This document shows, piece by piece, positions 13,781 to 29,410 of a stretch of 64,000 nt of DNA (position 1 is the first letter of the stretch; every line of letters begins with the position of its first letter). Source of the DNA: the human T2T-CHM13v2.0 reference genome, Homo sapiens; the NCBI RefSeq assembly GCF_009914755.1, contig NC_060931.1; one strand, 5' to 3'. The notes under the pieces were generated by a model that saw nothing but the letters and a program-made list of their open reading frames with translations, was not told the DNA's origin and searched no databases. The translations under genes were made by a program, and so were the position numbers.

Positions 13781-14488
13781 TTATTCAATAAATATGTATT
13801 TTTCAACAGATTTATTCATAAATATTTGTGACGTGGCTCTTCTGGGCCATGCACTGTGCCAGGTGCAGGAGATGAAATGATGAGCCAAGCCAGCCCCAGC
13901 TTATTAACAGGACTCCAGTTTAGTGAAGGAGAAAAGCCATTCCACTCACAGGAAATGTGGATATTCTGAAGGGAAAGAAGACAGCTCTATGAGCATGCAT
14001 GAGGGAGGAGGGAGGACTTTATTTGGACTGAAGTTAAGGAACTAAAATGTGAGTTGTAGTTAATTAGGTGAGAAGGAAGGATTTCTTTTCCTTATTATAA
14101 AAAGTTATGTCATCTGCTTCCAAGAAAATCTGACCTAATTATTTAATATGAAGAGGTATGAAAAATAAAACAAGCTAAAGTTTGTCATGGCTAAAACTGT
14201 CCTTTTAATCTTTAAAGTGTGCTGCTCACCATCTCACACACCATCTTCTATTATTGGATAGGTAACTCACGCTCTAGGTCCATAGTAGGCCCTCGTAAAT
14301 GTTTTGAGATTCTTTAAGGCAAAGAATAATGATTGGCTGTTTGCTTTATCATACAATCCAAAATAGTAAATGTGAAAAGTGAGTATGTGGGTTTTGAAAC
14401 TGTGTTTGTCATTGAAGATCTCATGGAGCACTGTGAAAAGGGAGCATTATAGTTCAAGCCAAGTAAAAACATAGTAAAGATGAACATC

Positions 14489-14794
<306 letters not shown>

Positions 14795-15359
14795 AAAGAT
14801 GAACATCAAAGTAATTTCTGATTAATAATATCATGGTGAAATACTGGAATAATTAATAAGTAGTACATTAGCTTAATGTGTGCCAAGGGAGTGATAAGAT
14901 AAGTAAAAGCTACTTCACTAAAAGCAATATTTCCTAGAACAGAACCTGCTATTCTTCATCCCCCTTCTCTGCATCTGGCTTCCCCTCCCCCAACAACCTC
15001 CCTCACAAAAAAGAAAGAAAGTAAGGTATATAAACCATGTATTGACAATCACTTATTCAACTCTATTTATGCCAAGTAAGACTTAATTTTAACTTGAGAG
15101 CTAAGCATTTTAGAATATTGATACAGAAATCAGGAAACAAAAAAGAAAAATGCCCACTCTCTCTCCGTTCCCAAATTAACAGTTAGTGTCACAATGATTG
15201 TTATTAGATACTCACTCATCCTTTTCATCATTCATTCATTCATTCTGTGAGCCTTAACTGATTATTGTACTAAGGGCTGTGGGGCCACCCGAATGCACAA
15301 GACACAAAGAGATGTTCACACAAATACAGTGTATATGTTAATTAATATTCCAAAGTGAG

Positions 15360-15570
15360 CTATTAGTAGTTGGTCATGAAAGAGTTCTGTGGTCAAGTAA
15401 ATTTGGGAAACACCAAGTTAAACAGAATTGATCTGATGTATTTGCTGCAGGACCTCTCTGAGTCTAATATGTGGCAAGAAGGGGATTTTGAAACACAGCA
15501 TTTATATCACATTTTTCTAACCTATCACCTAGTAACTCATGATTAGTTGGGTACACTCTGGGAATCACTA
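15360..15570. mobile_element. MER103-like hAT-Charlie fossil
   Basis: gttctgtggtcaagtaaatttgggaaacac...cagcattt...acactctgggaatcact resembles MER103C. Confidence 0.45.
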
Positions 15571-16133
15571 ACGTAGGCAGTAAAACAGGGTTCTGCCTTC
15601 AAGGTAAGAAGGCTGATATTAGTAAGGCAGATTAGGGCCCGAAGCAAGAGGCATGGGGTTTGGGTGGGTCAGATTCCCACTCTGATGGAGGGGTAGCAGC
15701 AAACCTCCAGTGGAGAGGAGGTGAAAAACCAAAACCAAGCACCATCCTCTAGACCAAGCAGACTTGATGGGGGATTTATTTTATTTGTGTGGTTAATGTT
15801 AACACTATTAATTATTACTAGTAAAAGCAGTGTGTTGAGGTGACCCTCAACAGAGTACCAGGAATTTTAGCACAAGGGCTAAAGAGTATAGACTCTCAGC
15901 TCAGAGTTTTTAGGTTTGTATCCATGTTTTACCACTGCTGACTTAGATGACTTGAGGCAAGTTATTTTGCCTCTCTATGTCTTAATTTATTCATATGCAA
16001 TTAGAAATAAGAAGAAGAATAGTGGTATTCAGTGGGATAACATGGGTGAAGCACTCTTCACATTCCTGGCACTTGGCAGGTTTTCATTAAGTGCTCATTA
16101 ATTATTAAATGCTCATTAGTCTTCCCAATCCTA

Positions 16134-16547
<414 letters not shown>

Positions 16548-17266
16548 TTACCCATTAAAAAGTAGTGGAGCTAGCATTCAAACCCACATTAGTTTAACCC
16601 CAAGCCCCATGTTTTTCTAGTGTAGCGTGCCAATAAAGCGACTGAGAGGCGTATGGATACCAGATTATGGAACTAATTATATATTTCATTTACAGGTAGA
16701 TCCTGGTCAAGAATGTCTCCAAAACTGGATTAAGCCAGTGTACTTGAATGGGAATATAGACAACCAGGACAGACTTGGAATGTTTTTTAATGTATTGGCC
16801 CAGCAAAGCTAGAAATCCTCCACTTTACCTAACAGAAGATAATTAGAATTAAAAATGGCACTAACTGAAAACGTACTTGTTAAATTGCCTGTGCTTATAG
16901 AGTTGTTGTTGGCCCTGTCGTTTTTGGTTGGCAAAAAGAGACATATTTTTATTTGTTGGAGCTAACAGAGGCAAATGTCTTGAGTTGGGCAACAGTTACA
17001 TTGCTGATGGTAGGGAATGGCTTCTGTAGGGTGAAAGCTTGGATAGAAAATCCCTACATCTAGCAGTGGGAAGTGCACCCCAGTTTGTTTTTTTTGTTTT
17101 GTTTTGTTTTGTTTTTGTTTTTACCAATTCAACTCTTAGTGAAATATGAATGATCTCTTTTACCTTAGCCCCCAGATATGGGAAAAAGTCAGCACTCTCA
17201 AGGAAAACAAAACAAACAATAGTATGCTTCAGTCTGCACTATTCTTCTACAAAAAATGTCCACTTT

Positions 17267-17559
17267 GGCCAGGAGCAGCAGCTCAACCTGTAATTCCAGC
17301 ACCTTGGGAGGCAGAGGAGGGGGGATCACCTAAGGTTAGGACTTCGAGACCAGCCTGGCCGACATGGCGAAACCCTGTCTCTACTAAAAATACAAACATT
17401 AGCCAGGTGTGGTGGTGCATGCCTGTAGTCCCAGCTACTCAGGAGGCTGAGGCAGGAGAATCACTTGAACTCAGGAGGTGGAGGTTGCAGTGAGCTGAGA
17501 TCGCAGTGCTGCGCTCCAGCCTGGGCAACAGAGTGAGACTCCATGTCCAAAAAAAAAAA
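17267..17559 (+). mobile_element. AluS-type SINE
   Basis: Full-length dimer with A tail. Confidence 0.93.
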
Positions 17560-17569
17560 CCGTTCAATA

Positions 17570-18330
17570 TATAATTTTTAGAGTTATAAAACATGGAAAG
17601 AAGCAAGATAATATGATAAATAAATAGAAAAAATACTATCAACAGAAGCAGGCCCACAGATGGATCAGATACTGGAACTAGCAGAGAAAGACTTTAAAAC
17701 ATCTACTGTAAATATATTCAAGGATGTTCAGAAAAAGATGGCCAGAATGAATAAATAGTTGGGGGATTACAACAGAGAAATGGGAGCCATAAAAAAGAAA
17801 CAAATGAAATTCTAGAGTAAAAATAAACATCTGATGTAAATAATGGATTGAATAGGCTTAACAGCAGAACAGAAACTGAAAGAAAAGATTAGTGAACTTA
17901 AAGAATGGTTAATAGAAATTATTCAAACTAAAGCACAGGGAAAAAAAATATTTAAAAACACTTTACCCATCATCAATCAGTGACCTATTAAATGGCCTAA
18001 AATGTGAGTAGTTGCAATCCTAGAATAATGAGAGAGAGAATGGGCCAGAAAACATATTTAAAGAAATAACAGCTGAAATATATGGGATACAATGAGAAAA
18101 TATCAATCTATAGATTCAAGAATCTCAGTGAATTCTAAGTAGTAGAGACACAAATAAAACCACACCCAGGCACATCATAGTCAAACTTCTGAAAACCAAA
18201 GATAAAGAAAATATAAAAGCAACCACAGGAAAAAATGATATGTTGCATATAGAGGAATAATGACAAAAAATTATGGCTGACTTCTTATCAGAACAATGAA
18301 TGCCTAAAGGCAATGGAAAGGCATCCCCAG
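17570..18330 (+). mobile_element. Old L1M fragment, ORF1 region
   Basis: A-rich L1 ORF1-like text (aaccacacccaggcacatcatagtcaaacttctgaaaaccaaagataaaga; gctgacttcttatcagaacaatg). Confidence 0.75.
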
Positions 18331-18369
18331 TTGAGAAAGAATTTGTGGAGGATGTATACACCATGCTCT

Positions 18370-19270
18370 GAGGACAGATAATAGAGGGTACAATCTGGTT
18401 AAGGGATCAAGACAGGCTTTCTGAAGAAAGAACTATCTGAACTAAGATCAGAAGCGTGAGATGTTAAGTAGGCACTGAGAAGGGAAGATGTTCCTGGTAT
18501 ATGCAAAGCCCCCATTGCAAAAGAAAACACTTCACGTGGAAAGACCGAAAAGTGGCAAGATAGGTGCAACACAGGGAGCAAGGAAAAGAGATGAGCCACA
18601 CTAGCCATTATAGGACACAATATGGATTATTGTTTTCATTCTAAGAAAAATAAGATTTTCAAGTGTTTTAAGCTGTGCAGATCACTTCTGCTGTCATGAA
18701 GCAGCAAATTTGTGTTTGAAAAATTCTGGATAAAGTAGAGAGGCACCAGAGTAGCTGAGGAGATACCAGGAGGCCATAGGAGTGGCTCAGGTGAGAAATG
18801 ATGGTGGCTTGGACTAGTTGATGGTATCTGTGAAGATGGAGAGAGGTGGACAGATGTAAGGTTGATTTAGTGATTTAGTAGATAGAAGTCATAGGACTTA
18901 GTCATTGCTTGGATGTGGGAGATGAGGGACACAGGGGTATCAAGACTGACTTGTAGGTTTCATCTAGTTGGGTGGATGAAGGTGCCATTTACTGATGAAG
19001 GAAACTGTGAAAAGGAGCAAGAATTATTTATTTTTATTCAACAAGCATTCACATAGTGCCTATTGTGTGCCAAGCACTATTCTAAGAAAGTTTGCAAACA
19101 TTAACCTCTTTTACAAGAGTGAGAGGTTGGTACAATTTTTGCCCCAGTTTTACAGATGAGGAAATTAAGAAATTAATTAACTTGCCCAAAGCATTAATTG
19201 GTAAATGCTGAAGTAGGATTGGAACCCAGACAGTGTGGCTCCAGGGAACAAGTTCTTGGGCTCTGCACTA
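18370..19270 (-). mobile_element. L2 fragment followed by MIR fragment
   Basis: gtgagaaatgatggtggcttggactag (L2); ccagttttacagatgaggaaattaag...aacttgcccaaagc (MIR core). Confidence 0.65.
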
Positions 19271-20092
19271 GGTTGCTTACAAGGAAGTATAATGAGGATG
19301 AGTCGCAGGAGACTGAGGCATTCAAGTGGCCATAGGGACCTGGAACTGATAAGAGAAGTTATGGCTAGTGATGAATATTTGAAAATTATTGGCATAGGAA
19401 AAGTAGTTTGTCTTGATGTAAAGAAATTGCCTTTTTTTCCCCTTAAACAGGAGCCTTATGTCTAGAGCTCCAGTTCTGTTGCTGTGCTGTGAGTAGCATC
19501 CCAAGCATGTTCTTTGAAGAGGGCAGAACCTTTTTCCTGAGGAGTATGACTTCCATGTCTTCCTCGTCGGATTTGTTCTCTTCTATTTGCTCTTTCTCAC
19601 ATGTTTGCTGCCCCCTAGTGGCCCTTGGAAGCTCTGCCCCAAGTGCAAGGCAGTTTAAACCCTTGGGGGTTAAATGCAGCTGGTGCAGAGTGACCTGGCT
19701 GCCCCTGGTACAGGACCGGGCAGCTCTGAACTCCAGGAACATGTGGCACGGACTCCACCCCAATTACATGGTACCTTCAGTTAAACACACGGGATAAGCA
19801 CACCAGCAGGGGACAAACTGGAAAGCGTTTTGTTCTGTGACAGTGATGTTATTTACCAAGTGGCTACTGACAAAGCGAAAATTCAGATTTCAGTGGTTGC
19901 TGAATTTTGGCCATATCAATCATATCTTTATTGTGACAGTAAGGGGCCCATCAATGAGTGCTTCTGTCTCATAACAAAAGAGTAACTGGCAGGTTTTTGC
20001 TTTGTTTTGTTTTTTATTTTTTATTTTTTATTTTTTTTAATTTTTCAGTGTTACTTATTTCTTGCTTAACCAAATTAGTCAGTAAAAAATTA

Positions 20093-20431
<339 letters not shown>

Positions 20432-21501
20432 CTAAAGAAATCAATAAATATTGAGGCTACAAGAAAAAAGAAAACAATGGCTATAATTCATTGAATGATA
20501 TCTGTATATCAGCCACTTTATAGATTTCATCTAATTTAACATTCACAGCAGCTTACAAGGTATTGATGATATTATTTCACATATGATGAAACTGAGGCTG
20601 CAGGGATAAGTCCTGGGCTTTCCCAGGACCCTATAGCTATGGAGGCAGAGATGAGATTCAGACCCAGTCTTCATGATTTTAAAACTATGTTCTTTCCCTG
20701 GTGTTATGATGCCTTCAAATGAATCTATAATTACTTACTTAGCAGTTACCTCACAAAAACTAAGCTATGAAAAGTAGTTTTCTCCTCCAAAGAGTCTTCA
20801 ATGCAGTAATGAGGTTAACATGCATTCCTAGGGGGAAACAAACTATTAAAAATAATAACTTTACCATTTAAAATGCCATTTCCTCCTTTGCTTCCTCTGA
20901 ATAGCTACTATAAATAGACCGGAGATGTTCTATAAGTAAAGTATACAGCCCTGGGCCACTATCCTTGTCCATTTGCACTTCCACCTTCTCCCTACTTCCC
21001 AGTCCCCAGGCCCTCCTGCCATTCAATCACATCCTCAGACTCTTACATGACACATATATGGCTTGATCTGAGTACAAGGAGGTCGCTTCCACCCATTTAT
21101 GAACAGTCACATCACATGTCTGTTGAAAACAGAAGGCTACACATTTGTATGTAATAGTTATATTTAAAAGAATTGATATCAAAATGACAAGAGTGGTTAT
21201 GATGGCTAGCAGGATTTTGCATAATTTCTTCTTATCTGCATTTTCCGCAATTACTTACCTGTGCGATGAAAAGAATACAGTTCAATTTCCACATTCTAAA
21301 GAGAGAAAAATTGTTATTTTTCTCAGAGAGGAAACAGGAATTTTATTGAAGCATCTAAAAGCTTCAAAACTTCAAAGATTTTTGCCTCTTAAGGACATAG
21401 AGATGGGGGTTTTCATTAACTTATTAAACACAAAAGAATTAAAGAAAATTACAAATATTCCTGTCAGCATAGCACTGCAGAACAAGCCATGGAATTGCTA
21501 A

Positions 21502-21818
<317 letters not shown>

Positions 21819-22094
21819 CCTGAGCTCTGTTAATAGGAAGGAAAACATAAGGAGAAATACTAGGAAACAGAGAAGAAGGGAGGGAGGAAGGTGGGAAGGA
21901 GACAAAAGGAAGGGAGGGAGGGAGAGAGAGGGGACCAAAGAAAGAGAAAGAAGAAGAGGCTGCAGGATTTGTTGTATTCTTTCTAGCATTATTATTGTTT
22001 TTATTTAAGTTCATGTTTCTCCACTCCTTACCTCTTAATTTTATTATTTACCATTCACAAATCACAAAGTAATGATAAAAATGCACAAATCTCT

Positions 22095-22635
22095 AATTTT
22101 TAAAAATTTTACTTGACAAATAATAACTGTGGGATTATCCCAACAAATATATATTTGCGGGATGAAATGTTATGTTTTTATATACGTTTATATTGTGGAA
22201 TGATTCAGACAAGCTAATTAATATATCCATCCTTACATAGTTATTTTTTGTGGTGAGAACATTTAAAATCTACTGTTTTTGCAGTTTTGAAATATGCAAC
22301 ACCTTATTATTAACTACAGTCACCATACTTCGCAATAGATCTCTAAAACTTATTCTAACTGACGGAAACATTATACCTTTTGACCAACATCTCCCCATCC
22401 CTCCCCCTTCCCCCAGCCTCTGGTAACTACCATTCTACTCTCTGCTTCTGTGAATTTGACTTTTTTAGATTCCACATATAAGTGAGATCATGCAGCATAT
22501 GTCTTTCTGTGCCTGGCTATGTTGCTTAACATATAACCTGAACATCCTCCACGTTCATCCAGGTTATTGCAAATAACGGAATTTTACTCCTTTTAAAGAT
22601 TGAATAGTATTCCATTTTCTATGTATACCACACTG
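22095..22635 (-). mobile_element. L1MA/L1MB-type 3' end
   Basis: tttttagattccacatataagtgagatcatgcagcatatgtctttctgtgcctggct; ccccagcctctggtaactaccattctactctctgc. Confidence 0.85.
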
Positions 22636-22724
22636 ACTTTAGCCATAAATCTCTACATTTTGCTTTTATGTTTGTTTTTCTTCAATAGAGCATCTGTCTT
22701 TTGTAAAAAATAATTACTATTGTC

Positions 22725-23025
22725 AGCCAGGCGCGGTGGCTCACGCCTGTAATCTCAGCACTTTGGGAGGCCAAGGCGGGCAGATCACAAGGTCAGGAGA
22801 CCAAGACCATCCTGGCTAACACAGTGAACCCCGTCTCTACTAAAAATACAAAAAATTAGCCAGGTGTGGTGGCGGGCACCTGTAGTCTCAGTTACTCCGG
22901 TGGCTGAGGCAGGAGAATGGCGTGAACCCAGGAGGCGGAGCTTGCAGTGAGCCGAGATCGCACCACTGCACTCCAGCCCGGGCGACAGAGTGAGACTCGG
23001 TTTAAAAAAAAAAAAAAAAAAAAAA
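22725..23025 (+). mobile_element. AluY SINE
   Basis: AluY diagnostics accatcctggctaacac and agaatggcgtgaacccaggaggcggagcttgcag; TSD aatt(a/g)ctattgtc. Confidence 0.93.
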
Positions 23026-23217
23026 TTGCTATTGTCGAGAAATAGTTCTTGCAGTCTGCTTCCCCTTCTAAAATATCTGAGGATAATTAGTCTAGATGAC
23101 TTGGAATACTGAATTTGCTCCTCCATTTTTTCTTATTTACCGTGAAAACTTGATAATATGGATGCAAAAGTATATTTTCATATAGTCAAGAAATTAGGAA
23201 AACAAAATGGACAGAAA

Positions 23218-23580
23218 GTAGGTCAGGATGCACTAGCTTCTATCATGGAAACAAACAACCCTCATATTTTAGTGGCTTAAACAGGTGACCATGTTTTGCT
23301 CATTGTCCTAGTCTATGGGTCGGGAGGGTAGCTCTGCTCATTCTAGCCGCTCTTGGTCCTGGTGACAGCCACCATCTCTGAGGTTGCCAGTTTCCATCTC
23401 AGAGGTAAGGAGAATTCTGGGGTTCTGCACAGCCATTTAAACACCTCAGCATGAAAGCTACACCTACTCTGCTTACAACTCATTGGCCAGAATTGGTCCC
23501 ATGGCCCTCCTAACCACAGCGGGCCAGGAAGTGTCATCCTGCCTTGTGCTGGGTAGCTGAGAGCAGACAGCCTAAAGAAG
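23218..23580. mobile_element. MLT1-type MaLR LTR
   Basis: aaacaaccctcatattttagtggcttaaac...cattggccagaattggtcccatggccc. Confidence 0.6.
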
Positions 23581-23736
23581 AGCACAGATTTTATTACAGA
23601 AGCATAAAAAGAGAAGCTATAATATCAGATAACATAAGTTTATGTTGAAATGTATAAAATTGTTCATACTTTGCTATCTTGACCTACAAAAATGGCAATT
23701 TCATAAGGTTCATGCTAATAAGTTTAAAACACCTTT

Positions 23737-24880
23737 TGTTGTCTTTTTTCTGACACCACTCCTGACACCAAACATCTGGTCTTCCACACTAATTCTCCAG
23801 TTCCCTGAGACCAACTGGGTATCCAACAATTCAAATCAATTCTGGCACTCACTCCTGGAGTTAGCCCAAATCCTACAGGTTAAAGGCACATTCTCACAAG
23901 GCTGCTCCCACTTCAGGCATCAGCCGAAAACAGGGTTCCCAGGATTCCCATGCTTTTGCCCAAGCAACTACAAATTTGAAGGTTCCCAAAACTCCCCCCT
24001 CAGGTTCAATGATCTGCTAGAATGACTTATAAAACACAGGGAAGAACTATACTTACTATGACAGCTTCTCATCAAGGGTACAAATGAACAGCCAGATGAA
24101 GAGGAAACTTGAGGGGGGGTGTGGATTCTGGAGGGTGGGGTGCACCACCCTCCCAGCACCCAGGTGTATTCACCAGCTCGGGAGCACCCCTGGGCCACAT
24201 CATTTAGGGTTTTTTATGGAGGCTGCATTATGTAGGCATGATTGATTAAATCGCTGGCCATTGATTGTTGGATCAGTCTCTACCCCTTCCCATTCTCCCA
24301 AGGTCAAGGGGCGGGCTAAAAATTTCCACCCTCTTGTCACATGGTTGTTTCCTCTGTTGACAGCCCCCCATCCTGAAGCTGTCTAGGGACCTACCAAGAG
24401 CTACCTCATTACCGTAAACTCTGGTAGGGGTGAAGGGGCTGATTATGAGTAACAAAAGACACTTCTCTCACTCAGGAAGTGTTTTTTTGTTTGTTTTGTT
24501 TTGTTTTCATTTTTTGAGACAGAGTCTCACTCTGTCACTCAGGCTGGAGTGCAGTGGTGCGATCTTGGCTCACTGCGTCCTCCGCCTCCCGGGTTCAAGC
24601 AATTCTCTGCCTCAGCCTCCTGAGTAGCTGGGCTTACAGGCATCTGCCACCACGCCCAGCTAATTTTTTGTATTTTTAGTAGAGACGGAGTTTCACCATC
24701 TTGGCCAGGCTGGTCTTGAACTCCCGACCTCATGATCCACCCGCCTCGGCCTCCCAAAGTGCTGGGATTACAGGCGTGAGCCACCGTGCCCGGCCTCAGG
24801 AAATGTTTTAAGAACTTCTATGCCAGGAACTAGGAACAAATAAAGACCAAATAAAATATATATTTTTATTATACCGCACA
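23737..24880 (-). mobile_element. MER21-family ERV LTR interrupted by an Alu
   Basis: TG...CA ends; caattcaaatcaattctggcact...ggagttagc...cagccagatgaagag; ends gaccaaataaaatatatatttttattataccgcaca. Confidence 0.75.
24481..24795 (-). mobile_element. AluS-type SINE inside the MER21 LTR
   Basis: Antisense Alu; TSD tcaggaa(g/a)tgtttt. Confidence 0.95.
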
Positions 24881-24899
24881 CCTCCTTCAAGAATAAATG

Positions 24900-26260
24900 T
24901 AAATAAATATCACCTAACAACAGAAAAATTCTCAAACTGGACCAAACTACAAAATTCATCTATATTCTATTTAAAAGAGACACGCAAAAGGAATGATTAA
25001 AAGTAAAGACATAAAAGTAAAATAAATAAATGTCAGCTTAATATGAAATCTAGTGAGATTTGAGGAGGAGAAGTGTTTAATGGGACAAAGTTGATTATTC
25101 TGTATTGATGAAGTTATAATCTACAGTGACAAAGGACCATGATCCTCTACACTCCTAATAGTATAGAATCAAAATAGGTAAAGCAAAAACTGCTAGAAGT
25201 TAGCAGAAATGTATGTAATTGTGTTGGGAGTTTTAATTCATTATTTTGCACATAAAAAAGATAAATAATATTACATAAAATCAAATAATATTTACAATTA
25301 AAACTTGTACTGACCATTTTGCCATGAAATAGACTATGTCATCATTGCAAGGATCTATAAAGCATCTATACAATTAGCAATATACTACTGGGGCATGAGA
25401 ACATCCTCAATAAATTTCAAAAAGGAGAAATTATTGAAGGCACATTTTCCGATCACAATACAATTAGACATTAGTGATTTTTAAAATTTCAAACATTTTC
25501 AGATTGAAAAGTACTATTGGCCAAAGGGGAAATTGAAGCCATAATTTGACTATTTAGGAAATAATGTCAATATAATAATTATACATTAAAACTTAGCAGA
25601 TGTGACTAAAATTATTTACAGGGAAAAATTCACAGTTCTGTATGTTTTTATTATTTAAGATGAAAGAAAAGAAAATAACTGTGTTCAAGTAAAAAAAAAT
25701 TAGAAAACCCTCAGCCAAAGAAACCTAGGGAAAGAAAAATTAAATAACTAAAATATAAGAAGAAATTAATAAACTATAAACAAAATATAGTGAAACAGTG
25801 GCATTGATAAATAAATCTAAAAATATTTACTTGGGGGACCAAACACTCTGGCATAGCTAATTAAGAGAAAACAAATATTCATGATTAGAATCAGAAAAGG
25901 AATATAAAATTATGTATAGTTCAAAGAGAAATATTAATAGAAATTTTTATGTTCAGAATTTTAATAATATATTTGAAAGACTTGATGAGTTAATTTCCTT
26001 AGAAAATTACCATACTTAAGAAGTAGAAAATTTCAAAACACTGAAGTTATGAACATAACTATAAAACTTGCCAGATAATTTTTAATGAAGTTTTCAGAAC
26101 CACACCATTTCACAAATGAATACTGATAAACTTTGAAGCAGTACAAAATTCACCTGATAGTTATCACAGACAAATATAGAACACTTGCCACTTCATATTG
26201 GTGCTAGAATCCCTTTAAATTATTAGTAAATCAAAACCAACAACTTATAATTTACGCATT
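24900..26260 (+). mobile_element. Ancient L1ME-type ORF2 fragment
   Basis: Very A-rich, L1 endonuclease-region text (ctcaataaatttcaaaaaggagaaatt...ttccgatcacaatacaattaga). Confidence 0.65.
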
Positions 26261-26574
26261 TATTTTAAAATATTCATTGAGTCTCTCTAAAGTGCAAGAG
26301 ACTCTACTAGGCATCCTGTGTGTGCAGAGGCTCTGCCCTCAGGGTGGTTACTTTCTCCTCGGGGAAACAGACATTTCCAACTCAGCTACAGAATTAGTTA
26401 CATAAGCCAATGAGATAAATCCTAGAAGGAGACTCGCAGTGTTCTGTAACAGTGTGTGGCAGGGATCCTTACACATGGCTCAGTGGAGAAGGGCTGTAGT
26501 TTAGAGATAGGCCACCAAGATTTGAATCAAAGATCTGCAGCCTAGCAGCCTTATTCCCTGTGAAACCTTTAACC

Positions 26575-26783
26575 CAGAGGCTCTCACCTGGGGGTGATTT
26601 TGTCCCCCGCGGACATTTGGCAATGTCTGGAGACATGTTTCATTGTCATGACTTGGACATGCTACTGGACCTAGTGGGCAGAGGCCGGGGATGCAGCTGC
26701 ACATCCCACTGTGCCCTGGACAGCCTCACAGCAAAGCTGTATCTGCCCCAAAATGTTACCAGTGCCAACACTGAGAAACACTC
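26575..26783. mobile_element. MER20 hAT MITE
   Basis: gggggtgattttgtcccccgcggacatttggcaatgtctggagacat...ctgagaaacact. Confidence 0.85.
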
Positions 26784-26914
26784 CTCTGTAGGATGATGAA
26801 TCCCTGGGGGCTCCTGAGAGTCAGATCCACATTTCTAACTGTCCACTGGGCTTTTCCACTTCATGTGCCTCAGGCATGACAAACTCCAAATGTGTCATCT
26901 TCTCCTGACCTGTG

Positions 26915-27157
26915 TTTTGTTGTTGTTGTTGTTGTTTGTTTGTTTGTTTTTTTAACAAGATCTTGCTCTGTCACCCAGGCTGGAGTGCAGTAGTGTGATC
27001 ATGGCTCACTGCAGCTTCAACCTCCTGGGCTCAAGTGATCCTCCCACCTCAGCCTCCTGAGTAGCTACTGGGACTACCAGTGTGCGCCACCAACCCTTGC
27101 TGATTTTTCTATTTTCTATTTTTTGTAGAGATGGGGTCTTGGTATGTTGCCTAGGCT
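26915..27157 (-). mobile_element. Partial AluJ-type SINE within L2 remnant
   Basis: Right arm (tcatggctcactgcagcttcaacctcctgggctcaagtgatcc) plus part of the left arm. Confidence 0.88.
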
Positions 27158-27929
27158 TATGTTCATTTTTTTAAGTAAACAGTGCCACCCTCTACCCACT
27201 CTCTCATGTCAGAGCTCAGAGTGCCATTCTTAATTCATCCTCTCCCTCACCACTGAAATATTTAATAAAGTTCTGACCATCTACCTCTTGACATCTCTGG
27301 AAACCATCTACTGCTTTCCTTTGTCAGGCTTCTACTTACTTCTTCAGTTTGCTTGCCATTCATACACCTTGCCATCTCCTACAACAAGCATGCTGGAAAT
27401 ATTCTCTGTTTTAGTTGTACTGAATACAGCACAGCTGGCATGTGCCATGCTCCTATTGGCCACAGAACCCTCACATATTCTGCTCTTTTTGTCTGCAGCA
27501 GTTTGAAGTTGCCCCCGATCCCTTTCCCTGACACACACTTCACTGGATGAGTTGATTCCTCCAGGAGGTTTTCTATGAGACAAGGCCTGGGTGCCCCTCA
27601 AATGCACGCCCATGGCATTTCACTAACATAGAATAACACTCTATTGTCGGAACCAGAAAGACACATGTGAAATTCACACTTGAAGCATATTTGGGTTAGG
27701 AAGACAGTTTCAATATAGGAGTGAAGGAAGCTGGAGAGGATGATTGGAGTGCTGGAGGAAATAAACGAATTGAAAGGCAAGACCATCCATCTGGGAATAC
27801 CCCACCACAGAGCCTACAGAATAACCAGGAAGTAGAAAACTGGGGCATTCCTAGAGCCTTTTTAACTGTTGTCAAAAGTCTAGGCTGTCTGATAACACAC
27901 AAGTAGTCTAATGCATGCAAGAATACAAA

Positions 27930-28127
27930 GCTGGGGGCGGGAAGTGAGGGTAGGGTTACCTCTGAGGAGACAATTGGCAATGTCTGGAGGCATTTTTTGG
28001 TTTTTGCAATTGGGTGACTGCTACTGAAATCTGATGTGTAGAAGCTAGAAACCCTGCAATGCATGGGACAACCGCCATAACAAAGAATTATCTGGCTCAA
28101 AATGTAAAACAAGGTTGAGAAGCCGTG
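27930..28127. mobile_element. MER20 hAT MITE (second copy)
   Basis: ggagacaattggcaatgtctggaggcattttttggtt...aagaattatctggctcaaaatgt...aggttgagaagcc. Confidence 0.75.
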
Positions 28128-28269
28128 CTTTAACTTAATATTTCTCAGCCTCTATATCTTCATCTCTGAAATAGGAATGTCCACATTAGCATTGTTGTAA
28201 GCCCTGTTACTAGAATATAGTAAGTGCTCAATAATTGTTGGATTTTTTTCACTTACATTCTTTTGAAAT

Positions 28270-28810
28270 TCTGTGTGTTATCTGTTGCTTAATAATAAAC
28301 CATAACAAATCAGCCCTAAAATTTAGTGACTCAAAACAGCAATCATTTAATAGTCTCTCGTGGTTTCTGCCGGTCAGTCATTCAGCAGCAGCTTGGCTGG
28401 CAGGTTTAGACTTCGGATCTCTTAGAAGGTTGTAAGTCAGATGTCAGCTGGGGCTGCTGTCATCTGATGGGTTGACTAGGGCAGGAGGACCCACTTCCAA
28501 TGTGTCTCACTAGTGTGGCTGGCAAACTAGGGAAACTGTCAGATGGAGGTATCAGCTAGCAACTCGGGCTCTCCACAGGACTGCATGTGCATCCTCAAAG
28601 CATGGCAGCTGCCTCTCCACAAACAAGGGAGCCAGGAGACTGAGGTAGAAGCTGCAGTGCCTTTATGACTTAGCCTGAGAAGTCACACATTGTTACTCCT
28701 GCTGAATTCTACTGGTCACACTGACAAGCTCTGGTTCAGTGTGGAAGGGCACTTCATAATGCTGTGAACATCAGGTGGTAAGGATAATTGAGACCATCTC
28801 AGGGGCTGGC
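28270..28810. mobile_element. MLT1-type MaLR LTR
   Basis: ccctaaaatttagtgactcaaaacagcaatcattta...gatgtcagctggggctgctgtcatctga. Confidence 0.7.
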
Positions 28811-29410
28811 AAAAACTCTACCAAAACAAACCAAGGTATTAGAAAAAATCAATATAGCATTTGCAGATGTTTAATTATTGAACTAAAAAATTGCACTGAT
28901 TCAACTTAAATATTATTAGAATTAAAAAGAGTTAAATAATGTGGCAATATACAAAATAAGTATGGTAGATATCAATAGATTTCACTTACACCAGTGATAT
29001 CAAATTGGAAAATATGAAAGTAAGAAAATCTTAGTTATAAAGTACCTAGAGATAACTTTGAAAAGAAGTATGTGGAAACTCTCTGAAGAAAACCATAAAA
29101 TTTCACTAAAGGACCTGAAAGATGGGAAGAAATTGAGAGGTACATCATGTGGCTGGATGGAAACACTGAGCTTTAGATAACTTCACTTCTCTACAAATTA
29201 ATATACAGGTTTAATGCAAATCTAAAAATGTCAAGGAGATAGATTTATATAATTTGATGTACATGTGTTGTATGTATATATATTTCATTCTAAAATTCCA
29301 CAAATTATCTAGAAGACTGAGTGGAAAACTTAACCAAGAAACTTTGGGGAAAGAAGTGTGGATGTATGTACATCCACATTGAACATTAATGTATGTTTAA
29401 AAAGTAATTG